Shown piece after piece: positions 38,651 to 48,236 of a stretch of 64,000 nucleotides of DNA; position 1 is the first letter of the stretch, and each line of letters starts with the position of its first letter. The position numbers and the translations under genes are program-made. The stretch lies in NCBI RefSeq assembly GCF_054482595.1, contig NZ_CM137008.1; one strand, 5' to 3'. The notes under the pieces are model-generated. The model was not told the DNA's origin. It saw only the letters and a list, made by a program, of their open reading frames with translations, and searched no databases.

Positions 38651-39064
38651 GCGTCAATACGGTGCTCCGTTGACGCTTACTTTAATCCGTTTTCTGAGCT
38701 TAGATTTTTCTGTTCCTACCCAGACCGTGGATTTGGAATTCATTTTTTGTCAGGTCAATGCTAATCGTTAAAACGGCCATAACGCACCTCCACTGGAAGG
38801 TTTATCAGTAATATCCTACCGTTGCTTCATGGTCGGGGCGTCCATTCCATTATTATCGGTTTTCCTTTCTGTTTATAAATGAAAACGCCAGCTGTATTCA
38901 GGCTGGCGTCAGGGGAAATGAAGCCTGTTGAGTGAGATTCACCGGTTCTGGTGCAGAAGCTGCAGATGGCGCAGGGTAAGGACATCTTCTCTTGCCTGCT
39001 TAATACAGGACAACAGTGCTGTTTCTGTGGTTAATGGCACTATACCCTGCATCACTGCATTGTC

Positions 39065-39259
39065 TTACAGCAACTGGTGAGGGCTGGCATAAGTTGCCGG
39101 TGTTTCGGTAGAGTCACGGTCATCCACCACGCGGAGTGAATAACCGTTTTCAGCGGCCTTATTAATCAGTTCAGTGATATTAACACCATCAATGTCAACG
39201 ACAATGTGCCCCATATCCAGCGCCTGTACGTTAACGCTGTCGGCTTCCAGTGTCATCAT
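39065..39259 (-). CDS. yeeW: YeeW-like small protein
   Basis: 64 aa; start ATG overlaps the cbtA-frame stop (ATGA); last gene of the CP4-44-type backbone. Confidence 0.55.
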   Translation of the reverse strand: MMTLEADSVNVQALDMGHIVVDIDGVNITELINKAAENGYSLRVVDDRDSTETPATYASPHQLL

Positions 39260-39629
39260 TTCGCCTCCGGATACTTACCCAGGGTAATGTTATTTACCGT
39301 TCTGTAATTGTCGCGGGTCATCAGGCCGGTCGCCCTGCGAGCCCGGAGGATATCGATGCTGTTTATTAACTGAGAGCGGGTACAGGCGCTGAATCCCGGC
39401 TGGTCGGTAGCACCAGCGCGTATTTTTCCACGAGAAAGTTCACCGCATCACACAGTGAAATGCCTGCCTCAATATGCTGCTCAATCACACGTTCATCGGC
39501 AAAAGGTGTGTCATTCTGTGTGAGGCCATAGTGCTGGTCCAGCAGTCGGGACAGCAGTATCTGCCAGATTTCAACAGGAGACGGGCGAGAACTGGCCGCC
39601 TGCCCGGGTAATACAGGTAATGTTTTCAT
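39256..39629 (-). pseudogene. cbtA: CbtA (YeeV) cytoskeleton-binding type IV toxin, disrupted by a -1 frameshift
   Basis: N-terminus [36 protein letters not shown]...FLVEKYALV reads for 73 codons and stops at codon 88 (39366). The next frame encodes [50 protein letters not shown] with no stops, ending in the ATGA overlap with yeeW; consistent with a 1-bp deletion near 39409-39411. Confidence 0.75.
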
Positions 39630-39717
39630 ACTGAAGATTTTCCTGATATGCAGATATAAAAATGGAAAAGTGGCGTGGTGAAAACACCAGGCCGTAGCAG
39701 AAGGCTATTCTGGAGAG

Positions 39718-40086
39718 TTAATTTTTCATTTCGGGCGTCGGATAAACAGCCAGATAAACGTAACCACAACTGCTGAGGGTATCGGCTTTGCAGGTCAGCC
39801 CTTTTGCATACAGCGTGACGGTATGCTGATGGCGGGGATTCAGTTCACCGCTGGTGAGCATGAGTTCCAGTTGTTTCATCAGCAGCGGAAAGGCCTGGTC
39901 CAGGTGGTACGCATCTGCATCGCTGAACAGGCCTCTGATACCGGCGCGGTCGGCAAGGTAATGCAACCGGTTACCCTCCTGCACCAGACGTGCCCCGAAA
40001 CAGGGCGTCACGGTGCAGGGCAGCCCCCACCAGGGGCGGTCGTGATTGTCGTCGGGAAGTGTTGTCCCGGGGAGTGTGTCTGACAC
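39718..40086 (-). CDS. cbeA: CbeA (YeeU) type IV antitoxin
   Basis: 122 aa (MSDTLPGTTLPDDNHDRPWWGLPCTVTPCFGARLVQEGNRLHYLADRAG); immediately upstream of cbtA. Confidence 0.85.
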   Translation of the reverse strand: MSDTLPGTTLPDDNHDRPWWGLPCTVTPCFGARLVQEGNRLHYLADRAGIRGLFSDADAYHLDQAFPLLMKQLELMLTSGELNPRHQHTVTLYAKGLTCKADTLSSCGYVYLAVYPTPEMKN

Positions 40087-40159
40087 GATAAAATCCTTAC
40101 AGAAAATCGGCTAAGAATGGTCCGGTAGTGGCGATAATTCTGCTCATCAGAATTCCCAC

Positions 40160-40381
40160 TCAGTTCAGGGTGACGCTCATCAGCCGGACATACGGACCAA
40201 AACTGTCCTTACGGCGTTCAGCAAACACGGCCAGCACACCGGGAATATCCTGCACTTCACGACCGGTATACGCTTCAGCACTGCCGTGCCAGCGGTATTT
40301 ACCGGTACAGAACGGAAAAAGACGGGATGTCGGATGTTGTTGGTGAATACGCATGGCTTCACCACGGGTGATAATTTTCAT
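40160..40381 (-). CDS. yeeT: YeeT-like protein (DUF987)
   Basis: 73 aa (MKIITRGEAMRIHQQHPTSRLFPFCTGKYRWHG); conserved backbone gene. Confidence 0.8.
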   Translation of the reverse strand: MKIITRGEAMRIHQQHPTSRLFPFCTGKYRWHGSAEAYTGREVQDIPGVLAVFAERRKDSFGPYVRLMSVTLN

Positions 40382-40443
40382 AATGGGATACCTCTGAAGA
40401 CAGAAGATAAAAGTGAAAACAGGTGTGATGTGGTTGTGAAGGG

Positions 40444-40935
40444 TTAAAGCAGACCATGTTCGGCAAAGGAGAAAACCTGGTTGCCACCGACTATCAGATG
40501 GTCCGGCACCCGGATATCCACCAGGCCCAGTGCCTGTACCAGACGTTCGGTGATAAGCCGGTCTGCCTTACTGGGTGTGACTTCACCGGACGGGTGATTG
40601 TGTGCCAGTACCACGGCAGCGGCATTGTGGTACAGGGCGCGTTTAATCACTTCCCGGGGATGGACTTCCGTGCGGTTGATGGTGCCGGTGAAGAGGGTTT
40701 CACCGGCAATCAGCTGATTCTGGTTGTTCAGATACAGCACCCGGAATTCTTCACGCTCCAGTCCCGCCATGTTCAGAATCAGCCATTCCCGTGCTGCACG
40801 GGTGGAGGTGAAGGCCACGCCGGGTTCATGAAGATGGCGGTCCAGGGTTTTCAGGGCCCGTTGAATGAGGCTGCGCTCGCCGGGCGTCATCTCTCCGGGC
40901 AGAAAGGAAAGTTGTTGCATTGTGCTTCTCTCCAT
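40444..40935 (-). CDS. yeeS: RadC-like JAB-domain protein (YeeS family)
   Basis: JAMM-type HNHPSG motif (VVLAHNHPSGEVTPSKAD); start may be the internal MQQLSFLPGE. Confidence 0.8.
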   Translation of the reverse strand: MERSTMQQLSFLPGEMTPGERSLIQRALKTLDRHLHEPGVAFTSTRAAREWLILNMAGLEREEFRVLYLNNQNQLIAGETLFTGTINRTEVHPREVIKRALYHNAAAVVLAHNHPSGEVTPSKADRLITERLVQALGLVDIRVPDHLIVGGNQVFSFAEHGLL

Positions 40936-41415
40936 TCAGTCGATGATGCGCATAATGGCGCTGCATTCCGGATGCTGCAGGGCGTAATCCCGCAACCGGT
41001 AATAATGGACCGTCATGGCATAATTCTCCGTACGACAGGCATGATGACTGTACGTCATCAGACAGGCGGCAATACCGGCGGCTTCCGGGCTCATTTCTGC
41101 GCGGTTACCGTTCATGGCATTGAACAGTACCCATGTTTCGTCATCATCGTCATCCGGTTCGGGTGCCATAAATGCCCCGCCGTTGTTCAGGGTGTACAGA
41201 TTCCAGATACCACCGCAGTAGTCTTCGCACAGACGGTCCATCCAGCCGAAGACACGGGGCTCCAGGGTCACCCACTGTGGAATGAGGCCAAAATGCTGCG
41301 GCCAGAAGCTGATGCGCTGTTCATCAGGGACGAGGCTGGCAACCAACTGAGGCGGATTATTCTCTGGTGTTGTAGCTGAATAAATTGTGGGGGTATTCTG
41401 AGAAACGGTTTTCAT
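40936..41415 (-). CDS. Antirestriction protein (ArdB/KlcA-like; YfjX/YafX family)
   Basis: 159-aa acidic protein (DDDDDE patch) in the conserved slot upstream of yeeS in CP4-type islands. Confidence 0.65.
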   Translation of the reverse strand: MKTVSQNTPTIYSATTPENNPPQLVASLVPDEQRISFWPQHFGLIPQWVTLEPRVFGWMDRLCEDYCGGIWNLYTLNNGGAFMAPEPDDDDDETWVLFNAMNGNRAEMSPEAAGIAACLMTYSHHACRTENYAMTVHYYRLRDYALQHPECSAIMRIID

Positions 41416-41496
41416 GAGATAACTCCTTAAATAACAAATAAATGTGTGTTTTTCAGGAACGAAAGCTGAATGATTCCCTCACTCAGGGAAACGGCA

Positions 41497-42315
41497 TCAG
41501 CGCAGGCTCTCCAGCATCGTTTCTGCCATCACCCACAATGCGCGATTGAGCTTAATGTCGGTATCAATGCTGTGAATGGCCCGGGTATGGATACGTTTTC
41601 CTTTTGCACTGCGACCGGAAATCCCGCCTTTCAGCATATTCTCCTGGATGGTCTGATATGCGCTCCACAGGTCCTTACCGTAATCCTCCCGGCGTCGCGG
41701 CGTCAGAATGTCGGCGGTGGTGACGGGCTGATGTTCGTCACCATAACGGTAAGTCAGTGCCGCCTGTGCCAGCGCCTGGCGTGCCGGTGGCGGCAGGACC
41801 AGCGACTGCATGGCATCACGCTTCTCCTCTATCCGGTCAAACACGCCCACCACCTCGTAAGCCCCTTCGATAACTTTCTCCACTACATTTCCCCGGTGTG
41901 GAACACGCACTTCCCCCAGAGACTGGCCACAGACGCACCCGTTCTGGCAGACGAACCTGAAGTAACCCGGCAGCATCTGGTAGCTGGAGGTACCGTCATG
42001 AGAGTTGAGCAGAATAATTTCAGGGACATGTTCTCCGTTTATCTCTCCGGCCCGCCGCAGACGCAGCATGTGTTTTGTGTATCCCCGGCGGCCCGGGTCG
42101 CGCACACGGGTCTGGCAGGCGAAGAACGGCTGAAAGCCTTCCCGCTGCAGATTTTCCAGGACGGTAATGGTGGGAATGTACGCATACCGTTCACTGCGGG
42201 AGGTATGCCGGTCTTCCCCAAAAATACTGGGTACATAGTGCATCAGTTCTTCGTGTGTCAGCGGACGGTCACGGCGTATCTGGTTTACATGACCAAAACG
42301 ACTTGCTAATCGCAT
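41497..42315 (-). CDS. DUF932-family protein (YafZ/YfjQ-like island backbone protein)
   Basis: 272 aa; position and composition match the DUF932 gene of CP4-6/CP4-57-type islands; assigned from memory of the family. Confidence 0.55.
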   Translation of the reverse strand: MRLASRFGHVNQIRRDRPLTHEELMHYVPSIFGEDRHTSRSERYAYIPTITVLENLQREGFQPFFACQTRVRDPGRRGYTKHMLRLRRAGEINGEHVPEIILLNSHDGTSSYQMLPGYFRFVCQNGCVCGQSLGEVRVPHRGNVVEKVIEGAYEVVGVFDRIEEKRDAMQSLVLPPPARQALAQAALTYRYGDEHQPVTTADILTPRRREDYGKDLWSAYQTIQENMLKGGISGRSAKGKRIHTRAIHSIDTDIKLNRALWVMAETMLESLR

Positions 42316-42349
42316 GATTTGCTCCTTATGAATGAGTTAGCGGTATAAA

Positions 42350-42381
42350 TGAAAAAGCTGCGTCTCCCGGAGAAGACGCGG
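42350..42381 (-). terminator. Rho-independent terminator downstream of the cargo operon
   Basis: Minus strand gcgtcttctccgggagacgc followed by agcttttt; separates the cargo genes from the DUF932 backbone gene. Confidence 0.45.
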
Positions 42382-42525
42382 CCTGACGGGTGAAATGAAT
42401 AAGGTTTATTGTCTGAGAGGCCTTTCACTGGCGAGCCACGCATTAAGCGGCTTTCCGGTAACAATGGCTGGGGCTGTATTTACCTTTGATATTAATAATG
42501 TGCAGAGAAACGCATGGTTTACTCC

Positions 42526-42936
42526 TTAGATTTTAAGTTTGTCCTGGGCTACAACGACAGGTTTTCCGGATGTGTCGATGACTCCTACCGTCGGTACGCC
42601 ATTTTTGATTTCGAAGAACGGTTTGTTGCTACCTGAGCACAGTTGATTGTCCCCGTATTCAATCATTTGTGCTTTCCCGGTTTTCAGGTTAACTACCGAG
42701 ACAGTGTAGTCGTAGCACCAGGCACCACCACGTTCAAGCACGAAAACATAGCTGTTATCTTTATAGTTGAACTGATTCTTTGTCTGGCAATTCATACCGT
42801 CAATCTCAGTACAGGAAAACGCTTCTGTAGTATTAACGTATTTGATGTTATTTGGCAGTTTTACTTGTTTCGCAGTAGCGAAGACAGAGAACAGAATAGT
42901 TACAGCAACGAGTAAAGTTTTGATAAAAGTTTTCAT
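42526..42936 (-). CDS. Small exported protein with signal peptide, unknown function
   Basis: 136 aa; N-terminal signal peptide (MKTFIKTLLVAVTILFSVFATA), 5 Cys, AT-rich codon usage unlike the flanking genes. Confidence 0.5.
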   Translation of the reverse strand: MKTFIKTLLVAVTILFSVFATAKQVKLPNNIKYVNTTEAFSCTEIDGMNCQTKNQFNYKDNSYVFVLERGGAWCYDYTVSVVNLKTGKAQMIEYGDNQLCSGSNKPFFEIKNGVPTVGVIDTSGKPVVVAQDKLKI

Positions 42937-42951
42937 GATAGACTCCTTAAA

Positions 42952-43440
42952 TTAGTTAACCGCAGCTACGTAGTTTTTCACCAGATACGCGAATTCATGC
43001 ACGCCAATTTCACCGAACCAAACCAGGTAGGCCGGGTCATCTAAACCAAAGTAACGGTAGCCAACAACTTCATGGGTTTTTGGGTTATAGAGTGTTACGA
43101 TAAAGTCCCAGCCGCAGGTATTGGCTTTGCAACCGTCGCCCTGGAGCCAGACTGTACCGTTAATGTTTACTGGCGTGATACCTCCACCAGGGCCATCCAT
43201 ATAGCCGCCTTTACCGAACATGCCGCTCAGTCCGACCGGTTTTAATGCTTTGTCGATAGCGGCTTTGTAGGTAGCGTCACCTTCGTACAACTCGTACGTT
43301 GATGGACACGCTCCAGGTTGTTCAGCCCAGGCTTCCGGGTTACAACTAAGTGCTTGTTTTACGGTAGCCGCTTCTGCGTTAAAGTTAAAGCCCGTGAACA
43401 GAACCGCCAGAAATAACATAAGGGTATGTAAACGTTTCAT
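42952..43440 (-). CDS. Exported protein, possible Ivy-family (inhibitor of vertebrate lysozyme-like) protein
   Basis: Start set at MKRLHTLMLFLAVLFTGFNFNAEA (signal peptide). Motif GCKANTCGWDFIVTLY resembles the Ivy CKPHDCG loop but lacks the His. The same frame stays open upstream to 43743 with a second signal-like segment from 43635. Confidence 0.4.
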   Translation of the reverse strand: MKRLHTLMLFLAVLFTGFNFNAEAATVKQALSCNPEAWAEQPGACPSTYELYEGDATYKAAIDKALKPVGLSGMFGKGGYMDGPGGGITPVNINGTVWLQGDGCKANTCGWDFIVTLYNPKTHEVVGYRYFGLDDPAYLVWFGEIGVHEFAYLVKNYVAAVN

Positions 43441-43770
43441 TGTAAATATTCTTCCGTTGTAAATGGCGCTGGAAAATTTCTCATCAGTGAAACCTTCCGG
43501 AAGTTTCCCCCCCTTGTATGATGTATATCGCCAGTATTTTATTTCATCCCGGCTGTAATTTTTATATTCCCCGGCACGTGCAATAACGCTGACCAGAGAT
43601 ATAAGGCTCATTAATAACTTTACAGGTAATTTCATAATTAAATTTCCAGTGAGTGAATTGACAGGTGAGGGGTAAAACTTTCTCTCAGGTAATATATATC
43701 TGAAAATATTTTCAATAACACCAGACAGGAAAAACACCACCACAGGCGGTGGCGTTTCTTTGGGGCGTCT

Positions 43771-44841
43771 TTATTTAATCCGGGCCATCGCGTTTCTCAG
43801 TGCCAAATCTGCCTCTTCCGTTATATCCAGGCTTTTCTGCAATACCGCCTCTGACCGGGTCAGTGCCTGACGTGCTGCCAGCGGTTTCCGGATATGCTCC
43901 ATCGCCAGCATCGTGTCTTCATAGCCCTGCTGACGCCAGGCGTCGGTATGTGCCGATGTAAAACTGAGCAGACCGCCGCTGTTGCCACCATCACCTGCAT
44001 ATTTCAGCCTTTTCCGGGGACGGATCTCAAGGATTGTGGTGTCCGGAAAAGCCTGGCGATCCCATAAAGAACCGTCACTCAGATGCGTCACAATCACCAT
44101 ATTGCATCCGGCATCGACCAGAGGCGTCACAGGGGTATTTCCCTGCATATTTCGCCATCCTCCCATACCACCATCACCGAACATTGTCCCCTGAACCTCA
44201 CGGGGACGGAACAGCAGGGGCAGCGCGGCTGACGCAAGCAGAGCCTCTTTCTGCTGTCCGCGGGGCAGGCTCTGGATATGCTGAAAAACGGCGTTTTTCG
44301 TGGTTCCGACACCCAGTTCAGCACGAATGCAGTCAATAATATCCTGCATGCCCCCTTCTGTGGGGTACAGCGACACATACAGCGGTAGCCCGTCTGCCAG
44401 AGCATCAGTATCAAGATAATGATCCATCAGCGCTGTCAGGGGCTCATCTGACAACAACGGCTGAGCCATCAGATTGTCAAACCCGTTGATTGTCGATATA
44501 TGGCGAAGAAGCGTCGTAAGCAGTGCTCCTGCACGTCCGGGGATCTGGCAGAGGTTCATTGCCTGGAACAATTTTTTCAGCAATGAAAAGTAAACCAATC
44601 TGTTTACCGACAGCACCTGATTATTCCCCAGATGATCCCAGAGCGCCTCCAGGCGTACGGCAGCTTCTGACAGATCGGGAGAGGCCGCGATAATGGCACC
44701 ATTGAATGCGCCAATGCTGGCCCCTGAAACCATGCTGATCTGTGTACCACACTCTGCCAGTGCCTTAACCACTCCCGCCTGATAAGCGCCCACCGCCCCG
44801 CCACCGGACAGCACCAGCCCCGTTTTCATTTCTGTACTCAT
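43771..44841 (-). CDS. Patatin-like phospholipase
   Basis: 356 aa; Gly-rich oxyanion loop LVLSGGGAVGAYQAG, nucleophile elbow VSGASIGAF (GxSxG), catalytic Asp in FGDGGM (DGG); no signal peptide; start ATG overlaps the upstream stop (ATGA). Confidence 0.8.
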   Translation of the reverse strand: MSTEMKTGLVLSGGGAVGAYQAGVVKALAECGTQISMVSGASIGAFNGAIIAASPDLSEAAVRLEALWDHLGNNQVLSVNRLVYFSLLKKLFQAMNLCQIPGRAGALLTTLLRHISTINGFDNLMAQPLLSDEPLTALMDHYLDTDALADGLPLYVSLYPTEGGMQDIIDCIRAELGVGTTKNAVFQHIQSLPRGQQKEALLASAALPLLFRPREVQGTMFGDGGMGGWRNMQGNTPVTPLVDAGCNMVIVTHLSDGSLWDRQAFPDTTILEIRPRKRLKYAGDGGNSGGLLSFTSAHTDAWRQQGYEDTMLAMEHIRKPLAARQALTRSEAVLQKSLDITEEADLALRNAMARIK

Positions 44842-45743
44842 GCAGCCCCCTTCTGAAATATTTCATCGACCATACTTTCAGAGAGGCGTTCTGCAGAGCA
44901 GAGGCGAGGCATGCGAACCGGTAAGTGTTCTGCAGCCTGCGTGGTTGACCAGATCACCGGATGCTGCTCTTCACTGCACCAGTCTCCCAGCCAGTTAATC
45001 GCGTCATGCCACTCGTTATCTGCCTGCTCCCGGCCCTGACCACCAAGCCAGTCCAGAGTGTTCAGACGCACGGTTGCACTACCGCCACTCTCCTGTGCCA
45101 TCTGCGTTAATGCTTTATGTCTGAGAATATCCAGTAGCTGGTTAACCTGGCCTGTTTCGCCCTGACGTATCACATCACCAAACGCGCCCCAGCGAAGCTC
45201 TTCAAGTGCCACATAACAACGTCCGGCAGGGGAAAATGACGCATATCGCCCGGCGCTCCACCATGAGAATATCTGCTCAAGATGTAACTGCGCCCGCTGA
45301 ACCTGGTCAACACGGTGGAGTTTTTCTTCAAGATGATTCAGTTTATGGTGAACCTGATCGGCCAGGGTGAGTAACTGCTCCCGCGTATCTGCGGAATAAT
45401 GCGCCAGCCTGGCTGTATCACTGACCAGTGAACTGACCCTGTCGTTTACCCGGGTAATCGCGTAGTTTGTGGTGGCAAGTGACGTTGTCATCTCCGTCAG
45501 CCAGCGCAGGGACGCCTCAACGCCCTGTGCAAGCGACGCATTGATGGCATTCTGCCGTGCAGCGCCTTCGCCGGTCAGCCCCTCTTTTAAACGCCGGAAG
45601 AACGTGCGCTCTCCGGCCGTGCGGATATGCTCCTGTGCAACATCGATTCCGTTTGCGAAATCAACCACAAATTTTTCAGGAAGACAGGTGAGTACCTGAC
45701 ATACCCGGTTATCAGCAATTTGTTGAATAAATGGTGAAGTCAC
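44838..45743 (-). CDS. Helical/coiled-coil protein of unknown function, translationally coupled partner of the dynamin-like GTPase
   Basis: 301 aa, no nucleotide-binding motif; ATGA overlaps at both ends (45740-45743 and 44838-44841). Confidence 0.6.
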   Translation of the reverse strand: MTSPFIQQIADNRVCQVLTCLPEKFVVDFANGIDVAQEHIRTAGERTFFRRLKEGLTGEGAARQNAINASLAQGVEASLRWLTEMTTSLATTNYAITRVNDRVSSLVSDTARLAHYSADTREQLLTLADQVHHKLNHLEEKLHRVDQVQRAQLHLEQIFSWWSAGRYASFSPAGRCYVALEELRWGAFGDVIRQGETGQVNQLLDILRHKALTQMAQESGGSATVRLNTLDWLGGQGREQADNEWHDAINWLGDWCSEEQHPVIWSTTQAAEHLPVRMPRLCSAERLSESMVDEIFQKGAA

Positions 45744-48136
45744 AGCATTGTCTCCAGCTCTTCCCTCAGCGCCTTACTGTCAGTAATGAGCTCAGGAACC
45801 CTTTCATTTAATGCCTGAAGTCGCCCGGTAAGTCGTTCCTGCGCCTGCTGATCGCGTTTATGATCCTCAGAGCTCTGAATCAGCGTGTTACGCAGTTGTT
45901 CAACTTTCTCCCTGAATGCGCAGAAAAAGGCATCGATTTCCTGGCGGACGGGCTGGTTAATATCCTGCTCAATGGATGCCTGCAGCTCCCCGAAATATGC
46001 CCGGGTCAGTGACATAACTTCCTCTCTGACCTTGTTGATATTGATCACGCTGCGACTCACATCCTCGTCATAGTTTTCCCAGCCCAGGTCACTGGTGCCA
46101 AACCATCGACAAACGGTTCCCCATACGCCACTCTGCCGACGGCGACGGGTGACGGTCTCCGTTCTTTCCTCCATAAGCGCACTCAGATTTATTTTTACCG
46201 CGAGCCGGGTCTGTAACTGGCTGACTGCCGGAAAACTGATTTTTACGGTAAAGCCCTCATCCTCCAGGCGGGCATTGATGCGACCGGCAATGTTTTCTGT
46301 GGCGTACAGGGCCGTGCCACGAAAACCTGTTTCAATCCCGCTGACGATTTTCTCCAGCTCAGGCCGGAACTGTGCTTCAGCCTCACGGTGCAGGCTGGTC
46401 ACGGTCGATTCGATTTGCGTCATCAGTTCAAGGGCTTCCCTGCGATCACTGAATTTTATTTCGGGGCTGTCCGGGGCAAAATCTCGTTTCCTGTAATCCT
46501 CCCGGCCCTGGTTGTTGATACCGGACCATTGAGAAATTTTCCCCCATAATCCGGACTGAGACCTTCGTTGTTCTGCGTCTTCTTCCTCCAGCATTTGCTG
46601 TTCTTTGCGTTTACCGCTTCTGAAATAGTCATTCAGCTCCTCTTCCAGTGAGGTGCAGACCCCCGTCAGTAATTCCCGGGTTTTAGTATCGATCTCCTCC
46701 ATGGCCATTCTGACATCAGTGGTCATCTGCTCCTGACAGTCCGCGATTTCCCGGATATCCGCAAGCAGGCTGGTGATATGCGACTGCAGTGACTGAATGC
46801 TTTGCTGTAGCCCCTGATGGCGTAACAACAGGTATTCACTGATATTTTCTGCATTCTGCATCAGTTTTGCGGCGGCAGAGTCAACCGCCAGTGCCGCAGC
46901 TCTGGAATGTGAGCTCTGTATGACTTCCGTTATCAGTTGATCGATAAGTGAGCCTTCCCACAGGTCTGTCGCCCCTTCAGTTGCCAGTTCACTGTCTTTA
47001 CAGACGTATTCTTTTTTCATGCAACCGAAGGCACCTCTGATAAAATCATCGACCCAGGCTTCATCAACAGGAAGGGTTCCGTTTTTCCGTAACTCATGAA
47101 GCGCACGGTTAGCCAGGTATGCCTGGCGTGAGGATCCGGGATAAACGCGGGAGGCGGGCAGCACATCGCTGTTCAGCATTGCCGGAACTTTCTGGCGTAC
47201 GGCATCTGCCCCATCGCCATTGCGGTCTTTCTCATCAAATTTATTGACCAGTACAAACAGGCGGCCGGCTGATACGTCAGCAATGGCATTAAGCTCTTTA
47301 CGGACGTCTTCATCCGCTTTTGAGTTCATCTGGGTGTAATCCATCACAGCCAGAACCGCAGAGGCTTTCTGCAGTTGATCCCGCATCATCACTTCCATCT
47401 GCGGTTGTCCGGCCTCATTAGGGCCGGGGGTATCCAGCAGTGTGAGTGTTCCCTGGCATGCATCCATCCCCACCAGATGGCTGAATTCCACGTCGATCAC
47501 CGGCAGTTTCTGCACTTCTGCGTATTCATCAAAAGGAAATTCAGTCCCCATTGCCGCAGCAAGACGAACCAGATCGTTTAACGATGCCAGTCCGGTAAAG
47601 ATTTCCTCCTCCCCGTGGTATTCATTTTTGAGCCAGCCATCATCCGTCAGAATATCCAGCAGTTCGCGGGTATCCCCGGTTTGCTGCAGGGTCTGTGCGA
47701 CCTGCTGTCCTGCCGGGGTGGCGAGTTTTTCCTGCAGTGTGATTAATAAATTGCGGACAGGCTGAATATGTTCCAGATGGAGAACCGGCTCAGTTTTTCC
47801 GGGAACGTGGCGGATGAGCGTCGGTACAGAGGTCATGGGGCGGTTACGGTTAGGCAGAATTTCCTGCCCCACAATGGCATTGATGGTGGTTGATTTGCCT
47901 GCTTTCATCGTGCCGACAACAGCCAGCACCATCTCCCTGCGGGCGGTTTTGATTTGTTCGCCCTCCAGCTCCTCAATTCTTTTCAGTGCTTTCTGTTTAT
48001 CAAAAAGCAGTCTGTTTTCGTTCTTACTGTCAGATAACACATCTGGCTCCTCAACCATTTGCCGGAGCAGATTAATGTTCAGTTGCAAAAGTCGGTCGGC
48101 TTCATCACAAAGCAGGGCGATGTTCTTTTCGTGCAT
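45740..48136 (-). CDS. Dynamin-like large GTPase (bacterial dynamin-like protein family)
   Basis: 798 aa; G1 P-loop VVGTMKAGKSTTINAI, G3 LLDTPGPNE, G4 VLVNKFDEK, then about 500 aa of helical/coiled-coil sequence; AGGAAGG Shine-Dalgarno 7 nt upstream of the ATG. Confidence 0.8.
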   Translation of the reverse strand: MHEKNIALLCDEADRLLQLNINLLRQMVEEPDVLSDSKNENRLLFDKQKALKRIEELEGEQIKTARREMVLAVVGTMKAGKSTTINAIVGQEILPNRNRPMTSVPTLIRHVPGKTEPVLHLEHIQPVRNLLITLQEKLATPAGQQVAQTLQQTGDTRELLDILTDDGWLKNEYHGEEEIFTGLASLNDLVRLAAAMGTEFPFDEYAEVQKLPVIDVEFSHLVGMDACQGTLTLLDTPGPNEAGQPQMEVMMRDQLQKASAVLAVMDYTQMNSKADEDVRKELNAIADVSAGRLFVLVNKFDEKDRNGDGADAVRQKVPAMLNSDVLPASRVYPGSSRQAYLANRALHELRKNGTLPVDEAWVDDFIRGAFGCMKKEYVCKDSELATEGATDLWEGSLIDQLITEVIQSSHSRAAALAVDSAAAKLMQNAENISEYLLLRHQGLQQSIQSLQSHITSLLADIREIADCQEQMTTDVRMAMEEIDTKTRELLTGVCTSLEEELNDYFRSGKRKEQQMLEEEDAEQRRSQSGLWGKISQWSGINNQGREDYRKRDFAPDSPEIKFSDRREALELMTQIESTVTSLHREAEAQFRPELEKIVSGIETGFRGTALYATENIAGRINARLEDEGFTVKISFPAVSQLQTRLAVKINLSALMEERTETVTRRRRQSGVWGTVCRWFGTSDLGWENYDEDVSRSVININKVREEVMSLTRAYFGELQASIEQDINQPVRQEIDAFFCAFREKVEQLRNTLIQSSEDHKRDQQAQERLTGRLQALNERVPELITDSKALREELETML

Positions 48137-48193
48137 TATTTAACCTTCCTAAGACGCATTTTCATGACAACCACGGAGGAGGTCATTCACTAC

Positions 48194-48236
48194 AAACGAT
48201 CGTTTATAACGATCGATATGATAGTAACGATCGATG
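48194..48236. promoter_or_regulatory. Cluster of three GATC-containing AACGATCG boxes upstream of the dynamin operon (candidate Dam/OxyR phase-variation switch)
   Basis: aaacgatcgttt-ataacgatcgat-atgatagtaacgatcgatg; GATC at 48198, 48211 and 48229, 60-100 bp upstream of the dynamin start codon, in the slot corresponding to the yeeP-flu intergenic region. Confidence 0.4.

Noticed and set aside
38170-39064. tRNA gene at the island boundary
   Set aside because: No convincing tRNA-like sequence (acceptor stem plus T-loop GTTCGAATC-type motif) could be recognised by eye; not reported as a feature.
40456-42309. Plus-strand ORFs of 307 and 279 aa opposite yeeS, the antirestriction gene and the DUF932 gene
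   Set aside because: Antisense to the conserved island backbone genes, which show recognisable motifs (HNHPSG and others); the plus-strand products have none.
43771-48136. Assignment of the dynamin operon to the known Eleos (LeoA/LeoBC) defence system
   Set aside because: Only one GTPase gene is present in the operon; the 301-aa partner has no P-loop; a patatin effector is not part of Eleos as I recall it. Kept as a candidate new system rather than called Eleos; needs profile searches.
46095-48143. Several plus-strand ORFs (62-133 aa) inside the dynamin-like gene
   Set aside because: Antisense, Ser/Arg-rich low-complexity translations; the minus-strand frame carries the full GTPase motif set.
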